From: Octopus sinensis
Lineage: Eukaryota
NCBI RefSeq assembly: GCF_006345805.1
Contig: NW_021833049.1
Span: forward strand, 1-64,000
Reading direction: 5' to 3'
Length of the DNA stretch: 64,000 nt
Both the position numbers and the translations under genes were made by a program. This document shows positions 1-11,960 of the stretch, in pieces; within the stretch, counting starts at the first letter, position 1, and each line of letters begins with the position of its first letter. The notes beneath the pieces were generated by a model. That model searched no databases. It saw only the letters and a program-made list of their open reading frames with translations, and was not told the origin of the DNA.

Positions 1-96
1 GGTGGGGTGTGGGAGACAGAAAGTATGTTGTGTAAGTGAATTGCTTCTGTTAGTGTGTGTGAAGAGACAGAGAGAGTAATGTGTGAAAGAGAGAGA

Positions 97-330
97 TACG
101 AGGGGCATTCAATAAGTAATGCCCCTGACCCACTTCCCATAGCAGTAGAACAACGAAACTTGGCACAACGTGACTTCAGAAATCAAGGCTGCATCATCTG
201 GGAAACGCTTTCCTTTCAAAAACAACTTCATGATTGGGAAGTGGTGAAAATCAGAGGGTGCAAGGTCAGGAAAGTAGGGAGATGGGGAGGAGTTCATAGC
301 CATACGCCTGTGCTTCTGATCTGGCGACAA
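97..330 (-). mobile_element. Mariner transposon 3' end (TIR plus transposase C-terminal remnant)
   Basis: Minus-strand translation SPYFPDLAPSDFH..F..MK.FLKGKRF matches the mariner YSPDLAPSDF motif; TACGAGGGGCATTCAATAAGTAATG near 97 resembles a mariner TIR. Confidence 0.8.
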
Positions 331-464
331 GAAATATGTTATTAAGACGACTTATCTGTTGCATACGATGTTTCTTCGCTTTAAGTAAATTCCCAGGCAA
401 ACGTTTCTAATAGAAATGCAAAAGACACCTGTGGTTTCTGATTTACAGGTGTTTGAACCGAGTC

Positions 465-612
465 AAGTGTGAAATGGAGCCTGTTGAGTGACGAGCAGTG
501 ATCCGGTTTTTGTATTTGAAAGGACGCACACCACGGGAGACTTTTGATGAAATGAAAGTAACTTATGGTGATGATGCCCCATCATATGACCTTGTAAAAC
601 GCTGGCATCGTG
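465..612 (+). mobile_element. Mariner transposase N-terminal HTH remnant
   Basis: RAVIRFLYLKGRTPRETFDEMKVTYGDDAPSYDLVKRW is a typical mariner N-terminus; truncated. Confidence 0.8.
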
Positions 613-754
613 ACACCAGAAGCAAAAATAAGGAATATACACGCACAGTAAAATATAGAAGTGTAAAGTATAATTTTTTTTTACATAATCTCTATAATAA
701 ACATAATATTGAATGAAATAATCCCCCATTTGAACTTTTTTAATTACAGATATG

Positions 755-785
<31 letters not shown>

Positions 786-931
786 TGTGTGTGAATGTGT
801 GTGCGCGTGCGTGTGTGCATATATATATATAGTTAATCCAAACAAGAAAGCACAAAAAAACACACAACAACGCGAGGACGTGGAACAAATATAGTATTAT
901 TGGACGCTCAGGAAAGAAGGAAAGAAGAAGG

Positions 932-965
932 GTTTAACGTTTCGAGCGTGCTCTTCGTCGGAAAC
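932..965 (-). ncRNA. Minimal type I hammerhead-like motif, variant core
   Basis: Minus strand GUUU-CCGACGA-A-GAGC-ac-GCUC-GAAA-CGUU-AAAC: stem I GUUU/AAAC, stem II GAGC/GCUC, palindromic stem III ACGU; core has U4C. Confidence 0.5.
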
Positions 966-1839
966 ATAGGAGGAGGAAAGATCCAGAGAAGGGAAATCAG
1001 AGGAAAAAAAGTCGGCAACGGTACACACGAGGTCACATATATATATATATATGTATGTATGTATGTATGTAGTATGTATGTATGTATGTATGTATGTATG
1101 TATGTATGTATGTGTGTGTGTGTGTGTGTGTGGTGTGTGTGTGTGTGTGTATGGTAGAAATCTACGGATGCACAAACGCACAAATCAGAAAATAAGACAA
1201 ATATGGATGACTTGTTCAGAAACACCCGCAAGTGGGGAACATTTCTCAAAAATAGCCCCCAATTGTTTTCCCCCCAAATTCCTATGTCCTCGGAATCTAC
1301 ATAATCCGAGGTATATTTGCAGACTATTTCATTAAAAAATATCCATATTCTCGAAAGTTAAGACGAATTGAAGTGGACTCCGGTGAATTTTCCGAAATTC
1401 CCCACACCAAACCCACCCTAAACCCTCCTCCCCCCCAAATATGATATATTCGGAATCTACACTACATAACACATTTTCGTAGACAATTTAATTTAAAATA
1501 TCCATTTTTCTGAAAGTTATGATCATCCAAAGTCGGTGGGGCAGAAATCTGTAGTTATGCCAATTCAAAAATACATAAAATGAGTAGTGCAAGTAAAAAA
1601 AAGGTTCGTCAATATTCAGAGGAATATTCAAAATTTGGATTTATACCCGATATCCACGATAATCTGTCACCAAGTTATGGGCGAAAAACACGGATTTTGT
1701 GAATTTTCCGAAGTCCTCTCCCCACACCTCGGAAAAGATCTTTCCATAAAATTCTTTATAATCGTAATCTATGCCGGTTGAACAGTACTTATATAAAATT
1801 TCATCTAAAGAAATACCGTTTTCCTAAAAGTTATGAGGA

Positions 1840-2295
1840 AAAAACTCGGATTTTGTGAATTTTCCGAAGTCCCCGCCCCCGTTGCTTTCTGCGCATTTTT
1901 TTTTTCATACTCGTTTCCTACACATTTTTTTCTTACATCCGTTGCATTATGTTTTCTTTATTATGTTTACGGGTAAGCATTAACCGAATTTTGAATTACA
2001 AAAATTAAATATCACAAGGGGCATCAGAAATGATTGGATGGGGCACGGCCAAAAATCGATTGGGAACCACTGATTTAAGCGATTATTTGCTGAAAATTTC
2101 GTTAAAAGGTAATCTAAAATGGATACTATTTAACGAAACTTTCAATAAATAATCGCTTAGATCCTGTAGATTGATGTATGTAAAGATTTGTTGGAAGATG
2201 GGGTATACATCTGTAAACGGACAATGAAGAAGTGAACGCCCTTACCTTGAACGCCCTTACCTTGAACGCCCTTACCTTGAAAGCCATGAGAGATC
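1840..2295. repeat. Unclassified interspersed repeat; inverted homolog at 32160-32625
   Basis: Near-identical reverse complement of 32160-32625; internal hairpin taagcgattattt...aaataatcgctta; 15-bp unit gaacgcccttacctt x3 here and x1 in the other copy. Confidence 0.8.
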
Positions 2296-2414
2296 AATGA
2301 GGTTATGAGATAAAATGTTAAGATAAGATGTAGGCTTGAAAGAAAAGCGGATTTCTGTTTTAAGAAAAGTTTTGAGAAAATGTTGAGAGAGAAATAGTAC
2401 GTGCATGTGTGTGA

Positions 2415-2455
<41 letters not shown>

Positions 2456-3240
2456 AAAGGTAGATAAAAAGGGAGAGGAAGAAAGTGAGGGAGAGTGAAA
2501 GATACATACATAGGTAATGTCATAATCGAAAGATATACAATTCTTTTGTTATTTGCGCGCGCATGCGTATTTGTGCGTGCGTGCGTGTGTACGTGTATGT
2601 GTGTGTTTCTGTGTGTGTGTGTGTGTGTGTTTCTGTGCTTGTGTGTGTGTGTTTATTTCTGTCAGTATGTGTGTATGTGTGCGTGTGTGTGTGTATTTCC
2701 CTGTCATACAGAAAACGCAGTAAATTTGTATATTAACAACAGCATGATTTTCTCTAAGAAAAAAAAAAGAAAACTCGGATTTTTTGCTTGGAATCAAGTA
2801 CCCTGATCTCCTAATATGTTGCAAATTCCTTCTTTAGGTTTGGAAAAAAGCGGGGAATTAGTGGAATTAGTGGAATTTTTTTTTTCGTTGAATGAATTCC
2901 TGTGACCTCCTAATATGCTACAAAACCCTTTTTGGGTTCGAAAAACGGGGTGGGGTGAGGTGGAAGCCTCGGAAATTTCACCCTCACCCTATTGATCTTT
3001 TTACCCGCAAAATTTTCACTAAGGAAAAAAATCGGATTTTTTTTTTGCTTGGAATCAAGTACCCTTACCTCCTAATATGCTGCAAATCCCTTATCTTGAT
3101 TCGGAAAAGGTGGGGAGGGGCGAAAGGGGGAACTCCTACCATCCCGGAATCATTGGAATTTTTTTTTTCGTTGAATGAATTCCTGTGACCTCCGAATATG
3201 CTACAAAAACCAAGACCAGCAACATTTTTCGCCGATTCCA

Positions 3241-3385
3241 GGGGTGCTAATGCAGATTCACATCTCTCCTGGAAAGATGCATTTTTCTGAAAAAATTTAC
3301 TTGGATTCCTAGGTTTTATATGTCGGAATAAACTATTTCAGAAAAATGCATTTTGAAGGGCAGGTGTGAATCTGCATTAGCCCCA
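3241..3385. repeat. ~145-bp imperfect palindrome (MITE-like)
   Basis: gctaatgcagattcaca pairs with tgtgaatctgcattagc; inner tgcatttttctgaaa pairs with tttcagaaaaatgca. Confidence 0.7.
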
Positions 3386-4026
3386 TCCCCAAAATCTTTT
3401 AGTGAGTGCATCGAGTAGCTTTTCCGTCATCCTCAGGAACTTCATGGATGCGAAAAACAAAGCCGACATATATGACAGGTATGTAGGGCATATGTATTTC
3501 TGTACTTTCTGTTTATTTGTATAAGTTAATGAAATTGTTGTGCGTGCACACACAAACACAAAAATTCCTGGGATTTGACTGTTATTTTTAGAATATCGCC
3601 ATTTACAGTTTCAGTCAGTTTGAAGGTTTTCATACGAAATTTGAGATTAAAAAAAAAAATTCCGTATTCTTAATCTCCGTATTTTTTCACGTATATTGAA
3701 AAATAGATTTAATTTTGTAAAACTTTAGCGGTAAATATGCAACTGTTATTCTCTCTCTCTTCCCCGCTCCCTAACACAAAAATGTTCATTTTAAATCGTT
3801 TCTTTAGAGAAACAACTTTCTCCCCCCCCTCCACAAAAATTAGTTTGGGCCAGAAAGAGTTTTTTCCCCCCTAAAACGCTGGTATAAAGCTGAATATATT
3901 TAGTTCAGGAAAAATGTGTGCTTTGTTGAGAATTAATCGATTTATTTGACAGCAAAAAGGTAAATAGCACTTTGTCGGTGAATTTTTACCTGTCTACGTA
4001 CATGCACATATACGCTATTATATATA

Positions 4027-4521
4027 TCTATATATATAAAACTGTAGTTGTGTGAGTGTCTGTCTCCTACGATTTAGATTCCTAACTCCTCCCACATTTT
4101 GCGGTGCAGTTTATAGTCGTGATTAATATCGAGCCCGTCTAGCTATTAGAGCGCGTCTACGATGAGTCAACGATTTTAAAAATAATTTAATATCATTTTT
4201 TATTCATTTTAATGCATAATTTTTCGTGTGTCGATGGCGGCGGAGTTGGCGTCCATGGTCACACCTGCACCTGTGTTTGCTTCTCCCCCTTCTTCCCTCC
4301 CTCGTGAAGCTGTTGGGAAGGGAGTGTAAGGAAATCAACGTCGTAATGCGTTGTCAAGGAGACCAGCGTTCTTTTAGAACAACGACTTCATGGCTTGAAG
4401 ACACCAAAACAGAAATGGCTAAGAAAGCCCGAATTGGCATCTATAAAGGAAGTAACTCTCTAAAAATGCTTATATAGTTATTTCCCTTACAAACCCGAGC
4501 AACGCCGGGCGATACTGCTAG
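4027..4521 (+). mobile_element. Non-autonomous Helitron
   Basis: 5' TCTATATATAAAA, 3' hairpin cccgagcaacgccggg followed by CTAG, inserted between A and T. Confidence 0.85.
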
Positions 4522-4550
4522 TATATATATAAATATATATATATATAAAT

Positions 4551-5041
4551 TAGCGTTGCTCGGGTTTGTAAGGGAAATAACTATATAAGCATTTTTAGAG
4601 AGTTACTTCCCTTATAAATTCGGGCTTTCTTAGCCATTTTTGTTTTGGTGTCTTCAAGCCATGAAGTCGTTGTTCTAAAAGAACGCTGGTTTCCTTCACA
4701 ACGCATTACGACGTTGATTTCTTTACACTCCTTCCCCACAGCTTCACGAGGGAGGGAAGGGGGAGAAGCAAACAGGTGCAGCTGTGAGCGTGGACGCCAA
4801 CTCCGCCGCCATCGACACACGATGCATTTTATGCATTAAAATGGAATAAAAAATTATGTTAAATTATTTTTTAAATCGTAGACTCATCGTTGACGCGCGC
4901 TAATAGTCAGACGGGCTCGATATGAATCACGACTATAAGATACCCGAATTTGGTTAAACTGCACCGCAAAATGTGGGAGGAGTTAGGAATCTAAATCGAA
5001 GGGGACAGACACTCACACAACTAGAGTTTTATATATATAGA
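4551..5041 (-). mobile_element. Non-autonomous Helitron, inverted partner of 4027-4521, with defective 3' hairpin
   Basis: Reverse-complement homolog with 5' TCTATATATATAAAA at 5041; 3' end reads cccgagcaacgcta, lacking the second hairpin arm. Confidence 0.8.
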
Positions 5042-5134
5042 TATATATGGTTAAAATATAGATCAACGCCCATGTGGCAAAAATGGAAAAAAATATGTGT
5101 AACAGGTGTAAGGCATCGTATATTGAGGGAATAT

Positions 5135-5916
5135 GACGAAAAAAAAGCGCGCTGACAAACGGGGGTGGGAGGGGAGGGGGCTCGGAAAATTCCCACGATC
5201 AACCGTAGAGGATCCGAGCAATAAACCTCAACACCCGGTCGCAGGAGCGCAACAGAAACCGTCTAAATACTTCTCATGCAATGTGTATACAACAAATATC
5301 GAGAAAAAAATGCGTGCTGACAAACGGGGGCGTGGGGAGGGGGCTCGGAATATACCCACGATCAACCGTAGAGGATCCGAGCAATAAACCTCAACACCCG
5401 GTCGCAGGAGCGCAACAGAAACCGTCTAAATACTTCTCATGCAATGTGTATACAACAAATATCGAGAAAAAAATGCGCGCTGACAAACGAGGGCGTGGGG
5501 AAGGGGCTCGGAAAATACCCACGATCAACCGTTGAGGATCCGAGCAATAAACCCCAACGCCCGGTCGCAGGAGCGCAACAGAAACCGTCTAAATACTTCT
5601 CATGCAATGTGTATACAACAAATATCGAGAAAAAAATGCGCGCTGACAAACGGGGGCGTGGGGAGGGGGCTCGGAAAATACCCACGATCAACCGTTGAGG
5701 ATCCGAGCAATAAACCTCAACGCCCGGTCGCAGGAGCGCAACAGAAACCGTCTAAATACTTCTCATGCAATGTGTATACAACAAATATCGAGAAAAAAAT
5801 GCGCGCTGACAAACGGGGGCGTGGGGAGGAGGCTCGGAAAATACCCATGATCAACCGTAGAGGATCCGAGCAATAAACCTCAACACCCGGTCGCAGGAGC
5901 GCAACAGAAACCGTCT
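5135..5916 (+). repeat. 163-bp tandem repeat (~4.7 copies) at the 5' end of a LINE
   Basis: gctgacaaac recurs at 5151, 5316, 5479, 5642 and 5805; the last unit runs directly into LINE ORF1. Confidence 0.95.
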
Positions 5917-5928
5917 GAATGGAGATGA

Positions 5929-6468
5929 AAAACCCAAGGAAGAATAGAGGGAGGAAGAACTAAAAGAAGGACTAAAAGAACTAAAGGAAAAGCTCAAGCA
6001 GGACCAAAGGGTGAAACAGCCAGGAATAGAAGTGGAACCACAAAGGATGGAAACAAACAGCGCACATGGGTGTGTAGGTTCTACCTGAGAGGTACCTGCT
6101 GGCATCGAGAGGAAGATGCAGGCTGCCGCTTTGCACATCGGGGACCCTGCCGCAGAGACACGAAACAGATAAGAAACAAACCATCAACAAAAGGAAAAGG
6201 GATGGACCACGCACCACCTGCCCCAAAACGGAGGTACGCAGATGTGGTGCGTGCCACAAACCGCCAACATGATGTTGTTGAAAGGGCAGCTGCTGAGCAA
6301 GAATCTTTTTTGTGCATGGCACAAAAGATTGTACAGCAGCTAACCTGGCTTCATCAAACCCAAGCTCGCAGGTGGGACTACCCACAATATACAAGACCAC
6401 CACAGCAAACAGACCCAAGATGGACACCGCCGGCAACAACATACACCTCACCTCGATGCTCCTACTGA
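5929..6468 (+). mobile_element. LINE ORF1 remnant with CCCH-type zinc finger
   Basis: Open frame containing CRFYLRGTCWHREEDAGCRFAH (C-x7-C-x8-C-x3-H); overlaps the start of ORF2. Confidence 0.65.
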
Positions 6469-7745
6469 ACATCAGAGGACTGCAAACACTCAGCAACAGA
6501 ACAAAAATCCCGTTCTTGAGAGACTTTGTTGCATGCAATCAAGCCTTATGCCTAGCACTTACGGAAACGCACCTGAAACCGGACATAGCAGATGCGGAAT
6601 TACACATACCACAGTATATTGTACTACGGACCGACAGAAAAGAAAGGAGTCATGGAGGAGTTGCTATGTACATCCGTGAGGACCTCACACCCCAGGTCCT
6701 TTTGTCTTACTCAAACTCGGTGTGTGACACACTAATTGTACATATAAGGCAACTTGATGTAGTTGTGTGTGCTACATATCGCCCTCCAGATGCCCCAAGC
6801 CATGTAGGCAAGTTTGAAGACTGCCTTATAAAAATAGAATAAGTTCTAATCACATTAGAACAACACATAAGTGTACTTCTCATGGGAGACTTCAATCTAC
6901 CCAATGTCAGATGACCCGAGGGCCTTTCTCTCCCAGGAATGACAAGATGTGAACGAGGACAGGCGAGGTCCCTCCTGAACCTCATCAACACCCTGTACAT
7001 GGAGCAAGTAATACTTCAACCAACCAGGGCAAGTAACACACTGGATCTCTGCTTCACAAATAATATGGATCTCATCCATAATGTGAAAGTGACACCGACA
7101 CTACTCTCGGATCACAGCATGGTAGAGCTGACCATGTACGGGCCAAAATTTGAGACCATTATCATTATCAAATATACGAAGCCCAATATACCAATCTTGA
7201 CTCCTCATCTGATAAAGGTACACTAGGCACATGCGTCACAACCATATGTGTGTGACTTGGTGATCTCATATCAAGATAAACAGTGCATGACTGCAGGTGG
7301 GGCCCAGTTAGAATTTTCTTAAGGTTAAGTAGCCCATCCTGCTCAAAAGGTCCTGCAATAAGGTTTGTTTAAGGATGATAAATGAAACACCCATATTTCG
7401 AGAAGTGAATTATTCAAACCCCAAAGCCATTAAGGGCTGACAATATGTGCTTGACTGGTTATGGTTAAGCAACTAACAATCAAATCTATGGTATAGAGCA
7501 GAATATTTGCTGTAGTCCATCATGTATACCAAGACAAAGCATGTATATGATAGCATTTCCAATCAGTTAAGATCAAAAGCCATGAAAGCCAGTGCCTGCT
7601 ACTCCATCAGGGAGCACGGACATGCAGCCTACAAGAAACCCTCAGAATCTTTCCAGCTTGAACTACCATAAGGCAAACTGGAAACAAATTGAGAAAGAGA
7701 TCCTCAAACAAAACTGGCCTGAATGTCTCTCCTCAACAGACATCG
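6420..7745 (+). mobile_element. CR1/L2-like LINE ORF2 APE endonuclease, disrupted
   Basis: LLNIRGL, LTETHL, GGVAMY, MGDFNLP, TLDLCF and LSDH motifs; stops near 6840 and 6911; interrupted at ~7155-7625 and resumes with LNYHKANWKQI. Confidence 0.9.
7155..7625 (-). mobile_element. Retroposon 3' fragment inserted in the LINE (same family as 50225-50460)
   Basis: Reverse complement of the gatatgagatcacc...gtgtacccttatcaga segment at ~50300-50360; (aat)-type tail. Confidence 0.6.
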
Positions 7746-8578
7746 TTTGGTTCCATTCAAGCAATTCGTAATGGATAATCCCTTCCCAGTCCCACCATAC
7801 GCACAACATCATTTTATGCGGATGAAGATCTTGTTTCACGCGTGGTATTGCTTGTTTACTGAGGTTAAGCCATTCCTTATGCTGCTTCATATTGATGTAC
7901 AGGCACCATTTTTTGTCGCCAGTAACAATTTGGTAATGAAATCCTTGCTTGTGTCCATGAATTGAGTGGTGACGAGCAAGCAAACCAGTGGAGATTGTGG
8001 CTCGTTGATTTTTGTTGTTGTCACTTAAAGCAGGCGGAACCCATGCTCCATACTTCTGAACCTTTCCCATCGAGTGAAGATGCTTCTCTATAGCAGTGTG
8101 GGATCATTCCATTTTCTCTGCCAGTTCCTTTGTCGTTTGATGAGAATTTTTGTGCAAAATTTGGTTTAATCGTTTTTCATCAAACTCATCTGGACGACCA
8201 GAACGAGGTGCGTCTTTGAGATCAAAATTTCCACTTTTGAACTTGGCATACCAATCACGAGTGGTTCTTTCAGCTATGGCACCCTTTCCATACACAGCAC
8301 AAATGTCACGAGCAGCTTTTGCGGCCTTAGAACCTTGATTAAAAGCAAAAAGAAGGCGATGTCGAAAATGCTCGTCTTTCTTAACTTGACATTCCATTTT
8401 AATGATCTAAAAATAAACAAAAATTAACCAAAATTAACTAGAAAAAAACAAAAAAACAAAATAGATTAAAAAATGATTCAAAAATAGAATTCTTGAAAAA
8501 AAATAGATTCCAAAATTTAAAAACGTAATAAATTCCAAAATTAAAAAACAACGGTGGGAACTTAGTTGCCAACCCAAT
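7745..8578 (-). mobile_element. Mariner element, 3'-truncated and frameshifted
   Basis: TIR TATTGGGTTGGCAACTAAGTTCC at ~8555-8578; HTH region ...RSGRP, WVP motif, IVTGDKKW, MLCVWWDWEGIIHYELL. Confidence 0.92.
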
Positions 8579-8589
8579 ATTATTTTTAC

Positions 8590-9430
8590 TTCTTTTTCAT
8601 CTTTATGGATGAGTCAAGATATCTGGTTGTTTCACCTCTATGACTTGGCTGCACTACATGTTAAAATCCCAGAGTATTTTGTAATGTTCGTTTTCCATTA
8701 CCCTCTCTGGCTTGTGTTCATAGCATTGTTTGGCTCTCTCGAAGTTTGCTTTACTGCACAACAGTCAGTGGACATATCTGGCCACATTGTTGTGTCTCCT
8801 TTTATATTCACGTTGTGCAAGCTTACAGCACTCACTAACAATATGGCTTATACTTTCTCACTTCTCAGAGCACATCCTAGTGCTTTTATCAATGTGTTAT
8901 TTGGAGTAGTTGGTTCTGAGAGCTTGTTCTCGAGTGCTGCACACTAATGCCTCAGTGGGCCCTTTTAAGTCTCTTTTCTGCAGCCATTTCCAGGTTCTAT
9001 TCCAATCAATCTCATCTTTATTCTTCAAGCACCGACTGTGTATTTTCTTGTCCTGCCAAATTCTTTTCATCTGCTCTCTCTTGTCTTTTTAAAATTGTAT
9101 TGGATGTATGGCTTTGTTCACTTTTAAGGTTCCCTACATTTTTACTGCTTCAATCATTTCTTCTTTATTTCCCTTGACATACCAGACCAGGCTATTTTTT
9201 TCTTCCCTTATGAAACCTTCACAACACACTAATCCCTATCCTCCCTCCCTTCTCTTTACATACAATCTTGACACATCACTCTTGGAGTGTAGTTCCTTGT
9301 TCATTGTCCTTAATTTACATGTTCTCTGGTCTATCTCTTGTAATTCATGCTTCTTCCAAGATACTATTCCTTGCCCCATATCTCATCAAAGCAACAGCCC
9401 ACTTGTTAATTGCTCTAATCTTATAACAGC
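8590..9430 (-). mobile_element. R4/Dong-clade (restriction-like endonuclease) LINE C-terminal remnant
   Basis: Hand translation of minus strand: WKWLQKRDLKGPTEAL...EQALRTNY...SHIVSEC.KLAQREYKRRHNNVARYVH...ENEHYKILWDFN...QPDI. Confidence 0.8.
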
Positions 9431-9458
9431 CATTATTACTATCATCTTTATTATTACT

Positions 9459-10660
9459 AAGGTGGTGAGCTGGCAAAATCGTTAGCATGCCGGGTGAAAT
9501 GCTTAGCAGTATTTCGTCTGCCACTACGTTCTGAGTTCAAATTCCGCCGAGGTCAGCTTTGCCTTTCATCCTTTCGGGGTCGATTAAATAAGTACCAGTT
9601 ACGCACTGGGGTCGATATAATTGACTTAATCCATCTGTCTGTCCTTGTTTGTCCTCTCTGTGTTTAGCCCCTTGTGAGTAATAAAGAAATAGGTATTTCG
9701 TCTGCTGCTATGTTCTGAGTTCATATTTTGCTGAGGTTAACTTTGCCTTTTATTCTTTCGGGGTCGATAAATTAAGTACCAGTGAAACATTGGGGTTGAT
9801 GTAATTGACTAGTCCCCTCCTCCAAAATTTCAAGGCCTTGTGCCTTCAGTAGAAAGGATTATTATTATTATTCCTGTTAAGGTGGCGTGCTGGTAGAATT
9901 GTTAGCATACCAGGCAAAATACTTAGTGGTGTTTCGTCTGTTGTTACGTTCAGAGTTCAAATTCCACTGAAGTTGATTTTGCCTTTCATCCTTTTGGGGT
10001 CGATAAATTAAGTACTAGTGAAACACTGGGGTCGATGTAATTGACTAGTCCTCTCCCCTAAATTTCAGGCCTTGTACCTATAGTAGAAAGGATTATTATT
10101 ATTATTATTATTAAGGTGGCGAGCAGGCAGAATTGTTAGCATACCAGGCAAAATGCATAGTAGCATTTCGTCTATCTTGATGTGTCGAGTTCAAATTCTG
10201 CCAAGGTTGACTTTGCCTTTCATTCTCTCAGGGTTGATAAAATAAATACCAGTTGAGTACTTGTGCCTTAAGTAGAAATTATTAAAGGTGGCAAGGTGGC
10301 AGAATCATTAGCACGCTAGGCACAGTGCTTAGCAGCATTTTGTCTATCTTTAAGTTCTGAGTTCAAATTCCGCCGAGGTCGACTTTGCCTTTCATCCTTT
10401 TGGGGTCAATAAATTAAGTACCAGTGAAACACTAGGGTCAATGTAATCGATTTTCTCCATTCCCCAAAATTCCAGGCCTTGTGCCTGTAGTAAAAAGGAT
10501 TATTATTACTCTTATTTTTATTATTATTATTTGCTAATGTTTGCTTTGTCTTGCATCCTTCTGGTATTAATAAAATAAAGAACCAGCCAAGTACTGTGAT
10601 TGATGTAACTGATTAACCCCATTACCTGAAAATTCATGGGATTATGTCTAAATTAGAAAC
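9459..10660 (+). mobile_element. Head-to-tail cluster of at least 5 tRNA-derived SINEs with Meta-like core
   Basis: Repeated aaggtggcgagctggcagaa...gagttcaaattccgccgagg...ctttgcctttcatcctttcggggtcgataaattaagtaccag units separated by (att)n tails. Confidence 0.9.
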
Positions 10661-10862
10661 AGTTGGCAGAACCATTAGAACAGTAGAAAGAGATACAATG
10701 TTATACTGTCTCTGGTTTTTAACATTCTGAGTTTGAATGTTGCCTTGGAATGTTTTAATATTAGAGATATCATGATATAGCCTCAGTTGGGTTGTTAATA
10801 AAGGGACTAAGGTTTGTTATGATTTATAATGCTAACAACAATTTTTCCGTTTGTCTTCTCAG

Positions 10863-10982
10863 AGGTTGTGAAAGGTCAGACATCTCCAAACATGTTCTCA
10901 TACATGATGAACCGAAGCACATCTGTGAGGTCTGTGGAAAAGCATTCCGACACATAAAGAACAAAGAGCTACATGTCAAAAG
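10863..10982 (+). CDS. C2H2 zinc-finger gene, internal exon A (upstream exons not found)
   Basis: Pyrimidine tract+AG at 10861-62; GCERSDISKHVLIHDEPKHICEVCGKAFRHIKNKELHVKR; donor AG|GTATGA; phase 2/2. Confidence 0.85.
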
Positions 10983-11231
10983 GTATGATTTAAGCATTCA
11001 GCTGTGAAAAGATGCAATGTGTTATTCTTTCCTTCATGGTTGAAAGACTTTGGTGCCACGTGTTAACTACTTATCCATAACAGTTTTTTAATGCCTTATT
11101 TTGTAACAGTTGTTCCCTACTGGTTCTTGGACCCACTTTGGAGTCCCGGACCATGCAAAAAGTATCTTCCACTTCTTATTTTCTCTTTATTTCTCTCTCT
11201 CACTCTCTCCACTGCCACTTTCATTGAGCAG

Positions 11232-11388
11232 ACATAAAGGTCAACGAGATTACAAATGTGGAGTTTGCGATTTCTTCGGTTACACGTTCACGGACATTCG
11301 GAAACATATTGAGAGGAAGCACTCTGATCTGAAAACCTTGGATTGTGATAAATGTAGTCAGACTTTCCATAATGAAAGTTTACTCATT
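11232..11388 (+). CDS. C2H2 zinc-finger gene, exon B
   Basis: CAG acceptor; completes the finger (R|HKGQRDYKCGVCDFFGYTFTDIRKHIERKH...CDKCSQTFHNESLLI); GTAAGT donor; phase 2/0. Confidence 0.9.
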
Positions 11389-11477
11389 GTAAGTCTCTCT
11401 TTTTTTAAATTTTTTTATTGCTTCTTTTTTGTTTTCAACTTCACTTCCATTATTCATTGCCAATATTCATTTCCAGT

Positions 11478-11960
11478 AAGGTGGTGAGGTGACAGAATCA
11501 TTAGCATGCCAGGTGAAATGCTTAACAGTATTTCATCCATCTTAATGCGGCGAGCAGGCAGAAACATTAGCACGCTGGGCGAAATGCTTAGCGGTATTTC
11601 GTCTGCCGTTACGTTCTGAGTTCAAACTCCACCGAGGTCAACTTAGCCTTTTATCCTTTTGGCATCGATTAAATAAGTACCAGTTATGCACTGGGGTCGA
11701 TATAGTCGACTGAATCCGTTTGCCTGTCCTTGTTTGCCCCCTCTATGTTTAGCCCCTTGTGGGCAATAAGGAAATAAATATTTCATCCATCTTCACATTC
11801 TGAGTTCTAATTCCGCTGAGGTCAAGTTTGCTTTTCATCCCTTTAGGGTCAATAAAATAAGTACCAGTTGAGTACTGTGGAGGATGCAATCATTTTACCT
11901 CCTCCTTTGAAATTGCTGGCCTTGTGGCCAAAATTTAAAATCAATATTCATATCTAAAAT
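11478..11960 (+). mobile_element. Nested Meta-core SINEs in intron
   Basis: Same head and core motifs as the 9459 cluster. Confidence 0.85.

Noticed and set aside
3403-3478. Possible upstream exon (AG...ATGGATGCG...GACAG|GTATGT) of the zinc-finger gene
   Set aside because: Phase fits, but it lacks the C-x2-C needed to complete the first finger and lies in repeat DNA
5135-5916. 163-bp array as CRISPR or a protein repeat
   Set aside because: No unique spacers, no cas genes, eukaryotic context; the unit is not a multiple of 3
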